A stretch of DNA of 64,000 nucleotides, taken from an uncultured Dehalococcoidales bacterium. GTDB taxonomy: Bacteria; Chloroflexota; Dehalococcoidia; GIF9; AB-539-J10. A model generated the notes under the pieces. It was given only the letters and a program-made list of their open reading frames with translations. It made no database searches and was not told the origin of the DNA. Of the stretch, positions 8,715 to 18,406 are shown piece after piece. Both the position numbers and the translations under genes were made by a program. Positions within the stretch are counted from its first letter, which is position 1. The number at the start of each line of letters is the position of its first letter. The stretch spans positions 560 through 64,559 of the forward strand of contig CAYMVL010000044.1 in the NCBI GenBank assembly GCA_964394145.1, written 5' to 3'.

Positions 8715-8994
8715 ACCATCTGCCGTTTTTTGCCCAATTTCTGCGGCGATTTTGCTAAGCAACCTTTCATCATTCAGTGCAAGACACTCTGCTCGGGTCT
8801 CATAGAGAATGGCTTGGCCAAACAATCCCGACTGAAGTGCAATCCCCTGGAAGACAAAGCCAGTGGTGCCCCGTGGAGCATAGTTGCGGCATGGCTTTTC
8901 GTTGGCAGGGGATACATCCTCTGCAAGCAGAGCTACTGAGAGATTCAAGAGACACGGCAGGTCAGGTCCACCGGGCGAGTGAGCAACCGGCTCT

Positions 8995-9023
8995 TTGTCA
9001 AACTACGCACGTTGTGCTACAAT
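8995..9023 (+). promoter_or_regulatory. candidate sigma-70 promoter upstream of rpoD
   Basis: TTGTCA (8995-9000), 17-nt spacer, TACAAT (9018-9023). About 170 nt upstream of the rpoD start. Confidence 0.45.
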
Positions 9024-9192
9024 AAGAGCGACCGGGAGGCGGGCTGGCAAGGGAAGCCAGCCAGGGGCTGAATTTTCCCCGACAAATTAACACAGCCATA
9101 ACTTACGGGCAGCGATTTCAGCAGGTCTTCTTTAGAAAAGCAGGATAATAATAGCTGAAGGGAGAAACATAAACTTAGATAGTGGTGATATA

Positions 9193-10623
9193 TTGGCTGA
9201 AGGCTTACTCAACGATGAAGCTGGAGTTAAGGACATCAGCCCCATAATTGAGGGAGTTGAGGCCAAAGAAGAAGTCGACGAATTCGTCACCGAGGAAACT
9301 GAAGAGAGCCAGCCTCCATCAGCACCAGGGGGATACGAGGTAATTGAAGGCTCAATGCGTATGTATCTTCAGGAACTCGGCAGGGTGCCTCTGCTTACAG
9401 CTCGAGAAGAGAAGTTAGTATGCCGGAAGATAGAGCTGGGTAGATACGTAGAAAGGCTCAAGGATAACCACTTGAGGAAATACGGGGAAGCCCCTTCAGC
9501 CGTTGACATAGTCGTTCACGTAATTTCCCAACTATCCAGGGCATATCCCGTTGTTCAGATTATTAAAGAGCGTATCGGGATCGAACCTTCCAGCAGTGTG
9601 GTAGGGACGATCAAGAATCCTGAATTTCGCTCCGCCGTCGACGTTGTTATAGAGCCATCGCTAATAGCTGCAATCGCTAAGGGGATGGATAAAGGGCTCA
9701 CTGCGGCCGAAGAAGCGGTAGTAAATCTCTCCATAAACAGTCAACTTTTGCCCCGGCCATTGCTGGAGCTCCTGGATAGAGATAACATTTCATGGCGAAG
9801 ACTAAAGACTCTCCTGACTGACGATAGTTTCCTGCATCAACTCGATTTTCACAGCAGTGAGCTCAAAGCTTACTTTGAAGAGCTGAGGACCGACGCAGAA
9901 ACATCAGAAAGGCACCTCACTGAAGCAAACCTACGCCTTGTGATTAGCATTGCTAAGAAGCATGTCGCGCATGGCTATCCCTTCCTTGATCTTATTCAGG
10001 AAGGGAATATCGGCCTCATGCGAGCTATAGATAAGTTCCAGTATAGAAGAGGCTATAAGTTCAGTACCTACGCTACCTGGTGGATCAGGCAGGGTATCAC
10101 TCGATCTATAGCTGACCAATCCCGTACCATTCGCATTCCGGTGCACATGGTAGAAACGATGAACAAGCTATTACGCACAACGCGACAGTTAGTTCAAGAG
10201 CTTGGACGCGAACCAAGTTACGAAGAAATTGGCAGCCGCCTGAATATATCCCGTGAAAAAGTTGAAAAGGGCATGGCTTTGTTTTTCCGTCAGCCAATGT
10301 CACTAGACATGCCCATTGGCGAAGATGCGGATAGCCGGTTAGGCGACTTCGTTGAAGACCACAGCAGTTTAGCACCAACTGAAGCCACTTCACAGCAGCT
10401 GCTCAAGGAACAAATAGATGAAGTGCTCGATGAGCTTACCGAGCGCGAAAAAAAGGTGCTCCAGCTTAGATTTGGACTTAAAGACGGACATGCTCGAACC
10501 CTGGAAGAGGTGGGTAGAGAATTCAATCTAACTCGAGAAAGAATACGACAGATTGAAGGCGGGGCTCTACGCAAGTTACGTCATCCCTCCCGCAGTCGAA
10601 AGCTGAAAGACTATCTAGACTGA
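9193..10623 (+). CDS. rpoD: primary RNA polymerase sigma factor (sigma-70 / SigA)
   Basis: 476 aa. Region 2 [11 protein letters not shown]...[16 protein letters not shown]...[11 protein letters not shown], region 3 IRIPVHMVE, region 4 [19 protein letters not shown]. Non-ATG (TTG) start as given in the track. Confidence 0.9.
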   Translation: MAEGLLNDEAGVKDISPIIEGVEAKEEVDEFVTEETEESQPPSAPGGYEVIEGSMRMYLQELGRVPLLTAREEKLVCRKIELGRYVERLKDNHLRKYGEAPSAVDIVVHVISQLSRAYPVVQIIKERIGIEPSSSVVGTIKNPEFRSAVDVVIEPSLIAAIAKGMDKGLTAAEEAVVNLSINSQLLPRPLLELLDRDNISWRRLKTLLTDDSFLHQLDFHSSELKAYFEELRTDAETSERHLTEANLRLVISIAKKHVAHGYPFLDLIQEGNIGLMRAIDKFQYRRGYKFSTYATWWIRQGITRSIADQSRTIRIPVHMVETMNKLLRTTRQLVQELGREPSYEEIGSRLNISREKVEKGMALFFRQPMSLDMPIGEDADSRLGDFVEDHSSLAPTEATSQQLLKEQIDEVLDELTEREKKVLQLRFGLKDGHARTLEEVGREFNLTRERIRQIEGGALRKLRHPSRSRKLKDYLD

Positions 10624-10920
10624 TTTGCCTAAATGGCATGTCAATCATAGTACCCGTCTTTTTTTGGTCAACTTGCCTTTTTGCCCCTAGGAAGAGAGTA
10701 CGGAGAGCAAGAATAATCGATTCCGAAATACAATGAGGACAGCAAGCAACGGGAACTAAAGGCAGAAAGAACCTGAAAAACCCCGGGAGGGAGCAGGGAA
10801 AACCCGTAACTAAAAAGGAAGTGGGAAAATAGTAAGGATGGATCCTTTCTGAGCCTCTCTTCCCCCTTCTCGGTAAAGGGTGAGAGAGGGACTAACCCTC
10901 GAAAGGGGATTGCACAATCC

Positions 10921-11373
10921 TCAAGGTTGTTCAACCCTGCTTGATATAGTCAAGCGCTGCGTCTTGTCGAAACTGGCTATGATATATTCGCTTACAGTCA
11001 CCAGTATCAAGGCATTATCGGGATTCTCGACAAACTGCTGCAGATAGGGGTGTCTGGTAAGAAAAATAGCCTGAAGGCTGCTCTTATTTTCTATTTGTTC
11101 ACGGGCAATGCCGATTACTGTTATGGCAATAGCCTGTGAAACATCAGATGGCCGGTTAGTTCTGTTGTCAATCAACAATGAAATGTTCTTATTTTCTTGT
11201 ATGTTCCTATATTTACGGGTATTCCGGTCGGTAACAAAAACCAGTGATCTCAGATCTTGACTTATGACGAAAGAAACAAGATTGCTATAAGGCACCCCTT
11301 CGCCTACCGTATTGAGCACGGCGAAATATTGAGTATCAACTACCTCTTTCAATAATTGCGCAGGCGGGGTCAC
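10921..11373 (-). CDS. pyridoxamine 5'-phosphate oxidase family (FMN-binding split-barrel) protein
   Basis: 150 aa. FAVLNTVGEGVPYSNLVSFV...FVTDRNTRKYRNI pattern is typical of PNPOx-like proteins. Confidence 0.65.
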   Translation of the reverse strand: MTPPAQLLKEVVDTQYFAVLNTVGEGVPYSNLVSFVISQDLRSLVFVTDRNTRKYRNIQENKNISLLIDNRTNRPSDVSQAIAITVIGIAREQIENKSSLQAIFLTRHPYLQQFVENPDNALILVTVSEYIIASFDKTQRLTISSRVEQP

Positions 11374-11500
11374 TTTTATGAATTACCTTCCCAACTAGCA
11401 AAAAGCTAATTTTTCTTACCGGTGTTTCCAGATAGTCTAAAACTGACAGGGCTGTAAAATCGATTATACTATATTTCTGGCAATATTTTTTAGTTTGAAG

Positions 11501-12841
11501 ATGGTTGAAGAAGCTCGTATCCAACCACTAAACGAGAAACACCCTTTAAAGGGAGATTATCTTATCTACTGGATGCAGGCCTCACAGCGCGCAGAATATA
11601 ATCACGCACTGGAATTCGCTATAGAAGAGGCGAACCAGAGAGGGCTGCCCTTGATAGTCTATTTCGGCCTAGGCAACCAGTTCCCGGAAGCAAATGAGCG
11701 ACACTATTTCTTCATGCTTGAGGGCTTAAAGGAAAGCCAGCAGACGCTTAATTCAAGGGGAATAGGCTTTGCAATCGAAAGGGTTTCCCCGGAGCTTGGA
11801 GCTGTAAAGTTTGCGAAGAGAGCCTCGCTTGTCGTGTGCGACCGTGGCTATCTGAAAATACAGAAACATTGGCGCAAATATGTTGCTGAACATATAGAAT
11901 GTCCACTATTGCAGGTAGAGAGTGATGTTGTGATTCCTGTCGAAACAGTCTCAAATAAGGAGGAATATTCTGCTGCGACGATAAGACGCAAAATGCCGGG
12001 TATCTTATATGAATACCTTGTTCCTTTCACGGAGGAAACAACAAAAATCGATTCATCACACTTCGAATTTGAGAGTAGCGATATTTCAGACATAAATAGA
12101 GCCGTATCAACGCTTAATATTGACCACAGCGTCAAACCTGTCGCTGGCTTTCATGGCGGTACAACAGAAGCGAAGAAGCGGCTTGAGGAATTTATTAGCA
12201 AGACATTATACAGATATGATGATTTACGCAACGATCCCAACGAAGACGGTCTCTCTAATTTGAGCCCTTATCTTCACTTCGGACAGATTTCACCCTTGTA
12301 CGCTGCGCTTCAGGTCAGTCGCTATAGCGGCCCAGGAATGGAAGCCTTTCTCGAAGAGTTGATTATTAGACGAGAACTGAGCATGAACTTCGTCCATTAT
12401 AATCAGCAGTATGATTACTTCGCCGGATTGCCAGACTGGGCAAAACGTACACTCAAAGAACACGAGCAAGACCCACGGGATTATGTATATTCATTGAAAG
12501 AACTGGAACAGGCTCAAACGCACGACTCTTACTGGAACGCAGCTCAAAAGGAGATGGTAATTACCGGTAAAATGCATGGGTACATGCGAATGTACTGGGG
12601 TAAGAAGATATTAGAGTGGAGCACAAAGCCGGAAGAAGCCTTCTCGATAGCATTATATCTTAATAACAAGTACGAGCTAGATGGTAGAGACGCTAATGGT
12701 TTTGCTGGAGTCTCATGGTGCTTCGGCAAGCATGACCGCCCCTGGGGAAGCCGTCCGATCTTTGGCAACGTGCGCTACATGAGTGCTGAAGGTTTGAAGC
12801 GCAAATTCGACGCGGAGAAGTACGCCAGGAAATATGCTTAG
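11501..12841 (+). CDS. phr: deoxyribodipyrimidine photolyase, class II
   Basis: Motifs: YLIYWMQASQRAEYNHAL, LSPYLHFGQISP, GYMRMYWGKKILEW, GFAGVSWCFGKHDRPW. ATG at 11501 is preferred over the TTG at 11495. Confidence 0.85.
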   Translation: MVEEARIQPLNEKHPLKGDYLIYWMQASQRAEYNHALEFAIEEANQRGLPLIVYFGLGNQFPEANERHYFFMLEGLKESQQTLNSRGIGFAIERVSPELGAVKFAKRASLVVCDRGYLKIQKHWRKYVAEHIECPLLQVESDVVIPVETVSNKEEYSAATIRRKMPGILYEYLVPFTEETTKIDSSHFEFESSDISDINRAVSTLNIDHSVKPVAGFHGGTTEAKKRLEEFISKTLYRYDDLRNDPNEDGLSNLSPYLHFGQISPLYAALQVSRYSGPGMEAFLEELIIRRELSMNFVHYNQQYDYFAGLPDWAKRTLKEHEQDPRDYVYSLKELEQAQTHDSYWNAAQKEMVITGKMHGYMRMYWGKKILEWSTKPEEAFSIALYLNNKYELDGRDANGFAGVSWCFGKHDRPWGSRPIFGNVRYMSAEGLKRKFDAEKYARKYA

Positions 12842-13297
12842 ACAATCACCAGCATCACCTGAAACTCAAATCATTGATGACATGAAGCTCCAGGCCCGGT
12901 AATAGAACTGTAAGCAAAAAGACATGCCTGACAGCAGACCGCTTTCTTACTTACAGCAAAAGAAGTCTGAATGTCACATAAAGGCAGAATGTGACATTTA
13001 TTCAAATTAGAGTAGAGGACCCTTCTTGCTCCCAATCAATTGGTGTGCTGCAGGAGAAATAGCCTGTTCTCTACAAAACCGGATTGCCTTCGATCTTGAT
13101 TCTGCCTTTTTTCTGAATAGTCACTCTTGGCATAACGCTCTTATTGTCCAGGGGAAGTATTCTGGCCTCTGTTGTGCAATCATCAAATACGACCCGAAGC
13201 GCCCAAAAATTGCCTGTATAGATGTGGTTCCTGCCCTCCTGGCGGGGCCGGCATCAACTGGAGGTCGCCATTAACCCGACTGGTAACGGTAGCCCGG

Positions 13298-13612
13298 TTA
13301 CGCCCTCTTCCTGATCTGCAGTCTTGCCAGGAGCGCTGCTTTGCAGATAGCCTCCCCGGGAGTGGAGCAGGCTGCGTCTGTTGTCTGCCCCCACTTGATC
13401 CTGCGGTCCCTTACTGTGGCATGCCATTTCCCGTTGCCCCTTCCCAAATAGAACCAGCCGTAACCGCTCAACTTCTCTACAACCTGCCAGGCATCTGATA
13501 TATCAGTTGAGTAATGCAACACATCTGCAGGTCTGATCTGCAGCACCTCAGCGGCTACTAATCTATCCAGCTTTTCACCCGCCTCCAGACTAAGGATTTC
13601 GTCTTCAGTCAT
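13298..13612 (-). CDS. small hypothetical protein, resembles phage ABA-sandwich-domain (BC1872-like) proteins
   Basis: 104 aa. LDRLVAAEVL..., YSTDISDAWQVVEKL and C-terminal EAICKAALLA match my recollection of that family. Family assignment not verified. Confidence 0.5.
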   Translation of the reverse strand: MTEDEILSLEAGEKLDRLVAAEVLQIRPADVLHYSTDISDAWQVVEKLSGYGWFYLGRGNGKWHATVRDRRIKWGQTTDAACSTPGEAICKAALLARLQIRKRA

Positions 13613-13841
13613 CTTTACCCCCTTTTAAACGGTGGTCTACCCGATAGTGGACTTTATTAACGTGCCCTGTTGAGGTAGCTTAGCCATGAAATCATCCTGC
13701 AATATTTGCTGACTATAATATTGTGATGATTATGCACCGGCACTTAGTGTGTACTCGCTGACACTCCGACTGAATCGGGGGTGCTAAATTATGACTCTAC
13801 AGGTTAAATGATACAATAGTTGATACCCACAGCTATTTAAC

Positions 13842-14144
13842 TCAATCGGGTGGTTGATTGTTGGCTTTTCGCCTTCTCGCTTCCTGATTTTCGGCAATTG
13901 CTTGCTCTCTAGCCAGATCAGTTTGTCTTCTTGCCTGCTCTCTGGCTAGTTGCGCAGATTCTTCCTCAATACGTTTCTCTTTACGCTTAGCCTCTTTTGC
14001 TGCTTGCTCTTTTTGAATTGCTTGCTCTCTAGCCAGATCAGTTCCTCTTCTTGCCTGCTCTCTGGCCAATTGCGCAGGTTCTTCCTCAATGCGCTTCTCT
14101 TCACGCCTGGTCTCTTTTGCTCCTTGACTTTTCTGGTCTCTCAT
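13842..14144 (-). CDS. highly charged repeat protein (two 40-aa E/R/K/Q/A-rich repeats), unknown function
   Basis: ATG at 14144 is preceded by a strong SD (GGAGGTGGGAGG), preferred over the track start at 14183. Contains a duplicated EKRIEEExAQLAREQARRxTDLAREQAI unit. Confidence 0.5.
   Translation of the reverse strand: MRDQKSQGAKETRREEKRIEEEPAQLAREQARRGTDLAREQAIQKEQAAKEAKRKEKRIEEESAQLAREQARRQTDLAREQAIAENQEARRRKANNQPPD
13896..14135. repeat. 2 x 120-bp direct tandem repeat inside the charged-protein gene
   Basis: AATTGCTTGCTCTCTAGCCAGATCAGTT starts at 13896 and again at 14016. By manual alignment there are about 16 mismatches in 120 nt and no indels, so the repeat stays in frame (40 aa). Confidence 0.85.
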
Positions 14145-14567
14145 TGCCTCCCACCTCCAAATATTGGATAATCGTGAAACCAATCACGAATCACTGCAAA
14201 CCCGGGGTAAGTTTACGAAACTTCAGTCCATTGTGCAAGATTATCATCAGAGGCACTTTCTGACGAATTGATCAATTGTAGAGCGTTGCCAGCGGCAGAG
14301 GTCTGCTCCATAACCCCGGAAGCCCTTCACACTGGAGCTATGGTAGAATCCTTAACATCAGACCACTTGAGATAGCGGGACCCACTCTTAATACTACCCG
14401 TATCCTGTCCTGACGGTGGGGTCCACCTCAGGTAACACTGGATACCTGTTCCCATTTAACGGGTGTATTGAGGGAAGCGGCAGCCGAACGTCTCGATGAT
14501 TTCCTGTCAGGTAGAGCCGTTGAGAATCATGCTGGCAATGTGTTGGCAAACTAATCCGAAATAAGAG

Positions 14568-14641
14568 TCGGGGTGAGAGGATTTGAACCTCCGACCACCT
14601 GAACCCCATTCAGGTGCGCTACCAGGCTGCGCTACACCCCG
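14568..14641 (-). tRNA. tRNA-Pro (anticodon GGG)
   Basis: The reverse complement CGGGGTGTAGCGCAGCCTGGTAGCGCACCTGAATGGGGTTCAGGTGGTCGGAGGTTCAAATCCTCTCACCCCGA folds as a 74-nt cloverleaf: 7-bp acceptor stem, anticodon stem CCTGA/TCAGG, loop ATGGGGT, T-loop GGTTCAAATCC. CCA is not encoded. Confidence 0.9.
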
Positions 14642-14791
14642 TGGCTTAGCTCCTCTTTATATGGTATCATAACAGGGTTGTGGTAACAACAGGACCTCGA
14701 GTAACGGATTTAGGCCTGAGCAGGGCAATGAGCCCATATCAAGGATTCTTTGCGCGAGGGGCAAGAAATGTGATAAGCAGGATTTGTAGCT

Positions 14792-16021
14792 TTGGCTAAG
14801 AAGCAGAAGAAAGTCAAGCCCAAGGAAGTCGTCAGCAAGCGCCAAATCTCCCGATGGCAGCGCCAGGAGAAGATTCGAAAAATTATAATAATAGTTGCTG
14901 CTGTTTTCTTAGCCGGCATTCTGGGCTATGTGGGCTACAGATATTATGACGCCGAAGTCAGGCCTCTTCGTGAAGTCATGATAGAGGTGAATGACACCAA
15001 GTTTACTACGGGTTACTATGTGAAGCTCCTCGATGTCTATACCGAAGGTCAGGACCCATCCATGGTTTCCTATATGGCTGCTCTCGCCAGCAACCAGGTT
15101 ATACAGGATGAATTGATCAGGCAAGGTGCTAATAGCCTGGGAATGAGCGTTGAGGCTAAGGAGATAGATGAAAGCATGGCAGAAAATGATTTACCTGACG
15201 ATAAGGTATATCGTGATGCAATAACTGCCATCTTGCTAAGGGAAAAGCTTCTTAACGACTATTTCGGCGCTCAGCTACCTGATACAATGCAGCAAGCGCA
15301 TGTTCAGGTCATGCTTTTAGAGCGCAAGGAGATTGCTGATGACGTAAAGGCCAGAATGGAGATAGGCCAGGAATTCAGTGTCCTGGTTGAAGATTTCTCC
15401 TGTGACCCTCAAGTTGGTGGTGATTTAGGCTGGTTACCACGAGAATTAATCCCGAATACCTTGATAGCAGATGCTGCTTTTAGCCTCGCGCCGGGCGAGA
15501 TAGGGGAGCCCATATATGATGAGTCAACGAGCAAGAGTGTAGGTTACTGGATTATACAGGTTAGCGACTCAGACGAGGAACAAGGCATACAGGCCAAAGC
15601 TATATTGCTGAGTAGCAAGGAAGAAGCTACCGAAGTTAAAGGCAAACTAGATGCGGGCGGTGATTTTGCCGAGCTGGCTAAGGAATACTCCCAGCACGAG
15701 AGTAAGGATGAGGGCGGCGAGCTGGGCTGGATAAAAGAGGGAGATATAAGTGACGCTTTTGATGAAGTTGCCTTTGGCCTTGCAGAGAACGGGTTGAGTG
15801 AGCCAGTCAGGGATACGTCAGTTCAGACCAAAGGAGGCTACTGGGTGGTGAGAAATCTGGACAGAGGCGAGCATGAACTCAGTGAAGATGTAAGGGAGAC
15901 ATTGAAGAATCAGCTCTTCAGCGATTGGCTTGATGAAAAACAAGAAAACAGCACTATTAGCGTTGATGAGGCAAAGCAGTCCTGGGCTGTAGAGAGGGTT
16001 ACGGAGGGTATGGAAACGTGA
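14792..16021 (+). CDS. membrane-anchored peptidyl-prolyl isomerase with two parvulin (PpiC) domains
   Basis: 409 aa. N-terminal basic stretch plus a TM helix (IIIIVAAVFLAGILGYVGY). Two rotamase signatures: GGDLGWLPRE and GGELGWIKEG. TTG start. Confidence 0.8.
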   Translation: MAKKQKKVKPKEVVSKRQISRWQRQEKIRKIIIIVAAVFLAGILGYVGYRYYDAEVRPLREVMIEVNDTKFTTGYYVKLLDVYTEGQDPSMVSYMAALASNQVIQDELIRQGANSLGMSVEAKEIDESMAENDLPDDKVYRDAITAILLREKLLNDYFGAQLPDTMQQAHVQVMLLERKEIADDVKARMEIGQEFSVLVEDFSCDPQVGGDLGWLPRELIPNTLIADAAFSLAPGEIGEPIYDESTSKSVGYWIIQVSDSDEEQGIQAKAILLSSKEEATEVKGKLDAGGDFAELAKEYSQHESKDEGGELGWIKEGDISDAFDEVAFGLAENGLSEPVRDTSVQTKGGYWVVRNLDRGEHELSEDVRETLKNQLFSDWLDEKQENSTISVDEAKQSWAVERVTEGMET

Positions 16022-17334
16022 TGACTGAAAAAGGTATCGGTATTGGTTTACTGGGCCTTGGCGTTATAGGTAGTGGCGTCGCTAAGGTACTGCTTGGCAA
16101 AGCAGATAGCCTGGCCGGACAACTGGGTGTCCCGCTGCTTCTGAGGAAGGTACTGGTGCGAGACGCAGGCAAACACCGCACTGTAGAGCTCAAAGCTCCG
16201 CAATTGACAACTCAAGCTGAGGAGGTCATAGCTGCTCCTGAAGTAGACATAGTGATTGAGCTTATTGGAGGTGAGGATCCGGCTACGGAATACATAAGAC
16301 AGGCTATTCTACATGGTAAGCATGTGGTCACCGCCAACAAGGAGGTGATGGCAAAGCACGGATATGAGTTGCTGTCTTTGGCCCACGAACACGGAGTGGA
16401 GCTCCGTTACGAGGCCAGCGTGGGCAGCGGCATACCGCTTATCTCACCGTTTCAGCAAGACCTGGCGGCTAATGACATTTCAGCTATCCATGCCATACTT
16501 AACGGCACTACCAACTATATTCTGACCAGGATGTCACGAGAGGGGTTGAGTTTTTCCATGGCCTTAAAGGATGCTCAGGGATTAGGATACGCTGAAGCCA
16601 ATCCGGCTAATGATATCGAGGGGACAGACGCTGCTTATAAACTGGCTATTCTGGCAAGCCTGGCTTTTCACACTGTGGTGAACCCTCAGGATATACATTG
16701 CGAAGGCATTTCGGCTCTTCAACCACAGGATTTCCGATATGCCAGGGAATTGGGCTACGCTATAAAGCTTCTGGCTATTGCCAAGCGGGAGAATGCGGAT
16801 ATTGAAATGCGCGTCCACCCTGCTTTTGTACCCCAGGACTCGCAGCTGGCTAAAGTGGAAGGTGTTTATAATGCGATTCAGGTGGAGGGCGACTTAGCCG
16901 GGAATTTGATATTTTATGGGCAGGGTGCGGGTGCTCTAAGAGCCTCCAGCGCTGTAGTGGCTGATGTGTTGACTGTAGCCAGAAAAATCTGCCATGGGGC
17001 GATTAGTGTTCATGCCGTACAGATGAACCAGAAATTAGCTGTCAAGCCTATGTCCAGCATAAGGACACGTTATTACTTCAGGCTCACGGTAGCTGACCGT
17101 CCGGGCGTCCTGGGACAGATCTCGGAAATCTTAGGCCGTAATTCCATCAGCATTTCTTCGGTAATTCAGAAAGAGAGTGACCTGAAGTCCAAGACTGCGG
17201 TGCTTGTTATTATGACTCATCCGGCTGAAGAAAAGTCGGTGCAAAAAGCTCTGAAGGAAGTAGGTCAGCTGAAGGTAATACATAAGGTTGGCAACTTTAT
17301 TAGGGTTGAAGATGAAGCAAGGCGTTCTGAATAG
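16018..17334 (+). CDS. hom: homoserine dehydrogenase
   Basis: IGIGLLGLGVIGSG NAD-binding site, VVTANKE, NGTTNYIL, and a C-terminal ACT domain. GTG 16018 and ATG 16021 both overlap the upstream stop. Confidence 0.9.
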   Translation: MMTEKGIGIGLLGLGVIGSGVAKVLLGKADSLAGQLGVPLLLRKVLVRDAGKHRTVELKAPQLTTQAEEVIAAPEVDIVIELIGGEDPATEYIRQAILHGKHVVTANKEVMAKHGYELLSLAHEHGVELRYEASVGSGIPLISPFQQDLAANDISAIHAILNGTTNYILTRMSREGLSFSMALKDAQGLGYAEANPANDIEGTDAAYKLAILASLAFHTVVNPQDIHCEGISALQPQDFRYARELGYAIKLLAIAKRENADIEMRVHPAFVPQDSQLAKVEGVYNAIQVEGDLAGNLIFYGQGAGALRASSAVVADVLTVARKICHGAISVHAVQMNQKLAVKPMSSIRTRYYFRLTVADRPGVLGQISEILGRNSISISSVIQKESDLKSKTAVLVIMTHPAEEKSVQKALKEVGQLKVIHKVGNFIRVEDEARRSE

Positions 17335-18370
17335 ATATCGTGATTTTTTGCCGGTTACCGCCGATACACCTATGATCACGCTCGGCGAGGGCGACACACC
17401 GTTGGTCAGGTCACGAGCTCTGGAAAAAGAACTCGGCTGTGGTGAGCTCTATTTCAAGCTCGAGGGTTGTAACCCTACCGGCTCATTTAAAGATAGGGGT
17501 ATGGTGGTAGCGGTGGCTAAAGCTGTTGAGAGTGGCAGCTCCAGCATTATCTGTGCCTCCACCGGTAATACCAGCGCTTCTGCTGCTGCTTTCGGAGCCA
17601 GGTTTGGACTCAAGGTCAGCGTAATTATTCCCAGAGGCAAAATAGCTATGGGAAAGCTCGCACAGGCGATAGTCTACGATGCCCGCATTGTGGGCATAAG
17701 AGGCAATTTTGATGAAGCGCTTCAAATAGTCCGTGCCCTGACCCAAAAGTACCCCATCACACTGGTGAACTCGATAAACCCCAACCGCATTGAAGGCCAG
17801 AAGACATCGGCTTTTGAAATTGTGGATGACTTGGGCGATGCTCCTCATTATCTATTTATACCTGTGGGCAATGCTGGCAACATCACCGCCTACTGGAAAG
17901 GATTTGTTGAGTATTATCGAATTGGCAAATCGACTTGTCTCCCGAAGATGATGGGCTTTCAGGCTGCCGGGGCGGCTCCTATAGTGCGCGGGAAGATTGT
18001 AGAACGACCGAAGACTATTGCTACAGCGATTAGAATTGGCAACCCTGCCAGCTGGCAAAAAGCAGTGGCTGCCCGGGATGAATCGGGAGGCATCATCGAC
18101 TGCGTGACTGATGATGAAATCATGAGTGCCTACAAATTGGTTGCAGAAAAAGAAGGTATTTTTGGCGAGCCCGCTTCGGCGGCTTCACTGGCTGGACTGA
18201 TTAAGCTGGCACAAAAGGAGCACTTTTCTGACAAGAGAGTTGTTTGTGTCATTACCGGGACGGGACTGAAAGACCCGGGACTGCCGGCTAAGTATGCCCA
18301 GGCTCCAATAGAGCTTCCTGCTGATCTGGCTACCATTGAGAAAGCTCTGGATTGGGGGCAGCCCCTTTGA
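17312..18370 (+). CDS. thrC: threonine synthase
   Basis: PLP-lysine motif NPTGSFKDRG, plus GNAGN and TGTGLKD. ATG at 17312 (MKQGVLNRYRDFLPVT) is preferred to the 17288 track start. Overlaps the hom 3' end by 23 nt. Confidence 0.9.
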   Translation: MKQGVLNRYRDFLPVTADTPMITLGEGDTPLVRSRALEKELGCGELYFKLEGCNPTGSFKDRGMVVAVAKAVESGSSSIICASTGNTSASAAAFGARFGLKVSVIIPRGKIAMGKLAQAIVYDARIVGIRGNFDEALQIVRALTQKYPITLVNSINPNRIEGQKTSAFEIVDDLGDAPHYLFIPVGNAGNITAYWKGFVEYYRIGKSTCLPKMMGFQAAGAAPIVRGKIVERPKTIATAIRIGNPASWQKAVAARDESGGIIDCVTDDEIMSAYKLVAEKEGIFGEPASAASLAGLIKLAQKEHFSDKRVVCVITGTGLKDPGLPAKYAQAPIELPADLATIEKALDWGQPL

Positions 18371-18406
18371 TCATATTGATACTGAGCTACATATAAGGGA
18401 ATTGAG

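Noticed and set aside
10668-10934. 88-aa minus-strand ORF in the rpoD/PNPOx intergenic region, with an adjacent imperfect hairpin (CCTCTCTTCCCC...GGGTGAGAGAGG).
   Set aside because: The translation is low-complexity with no SD. The ORF overlaps the PNPOx 3' end. The hairpin is not followed by a U-run on either strand, so I did not call it a terminator.
12970-12998. Perfect 10-bp inverted repeat AATGTCACAT / ATGTGACATT with a 9-nt loop, about 130 nt downstream of the photolyase gene.
   Set aside because: It could be a weak terminator or a protein-binding palindrome. The stem is AT-rich, the trailing U-tract is poor, and no adjacent regulated gene is evident, so the evidence does not support a feature call.
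13026-13498. Plus-strand ORFs 13026..13274 and 13172..13498.
   Set aside because: They have no SD and an odd Cys/Pro-rich composition, and the second overlaps the better-supported minus-strand 13298..13612 gene. They could be decayed DNA, but nothing was recognisable.
13765-13785. Short similarity (ATCGGGGGTG) to the 3' end of tRNA-Pro (GTCGGGGTG), considered as a possible att repeat.
   Set aside because: Only about 8-10 nt match imperfectly, which is well within chance expectation for a 64-kb window.
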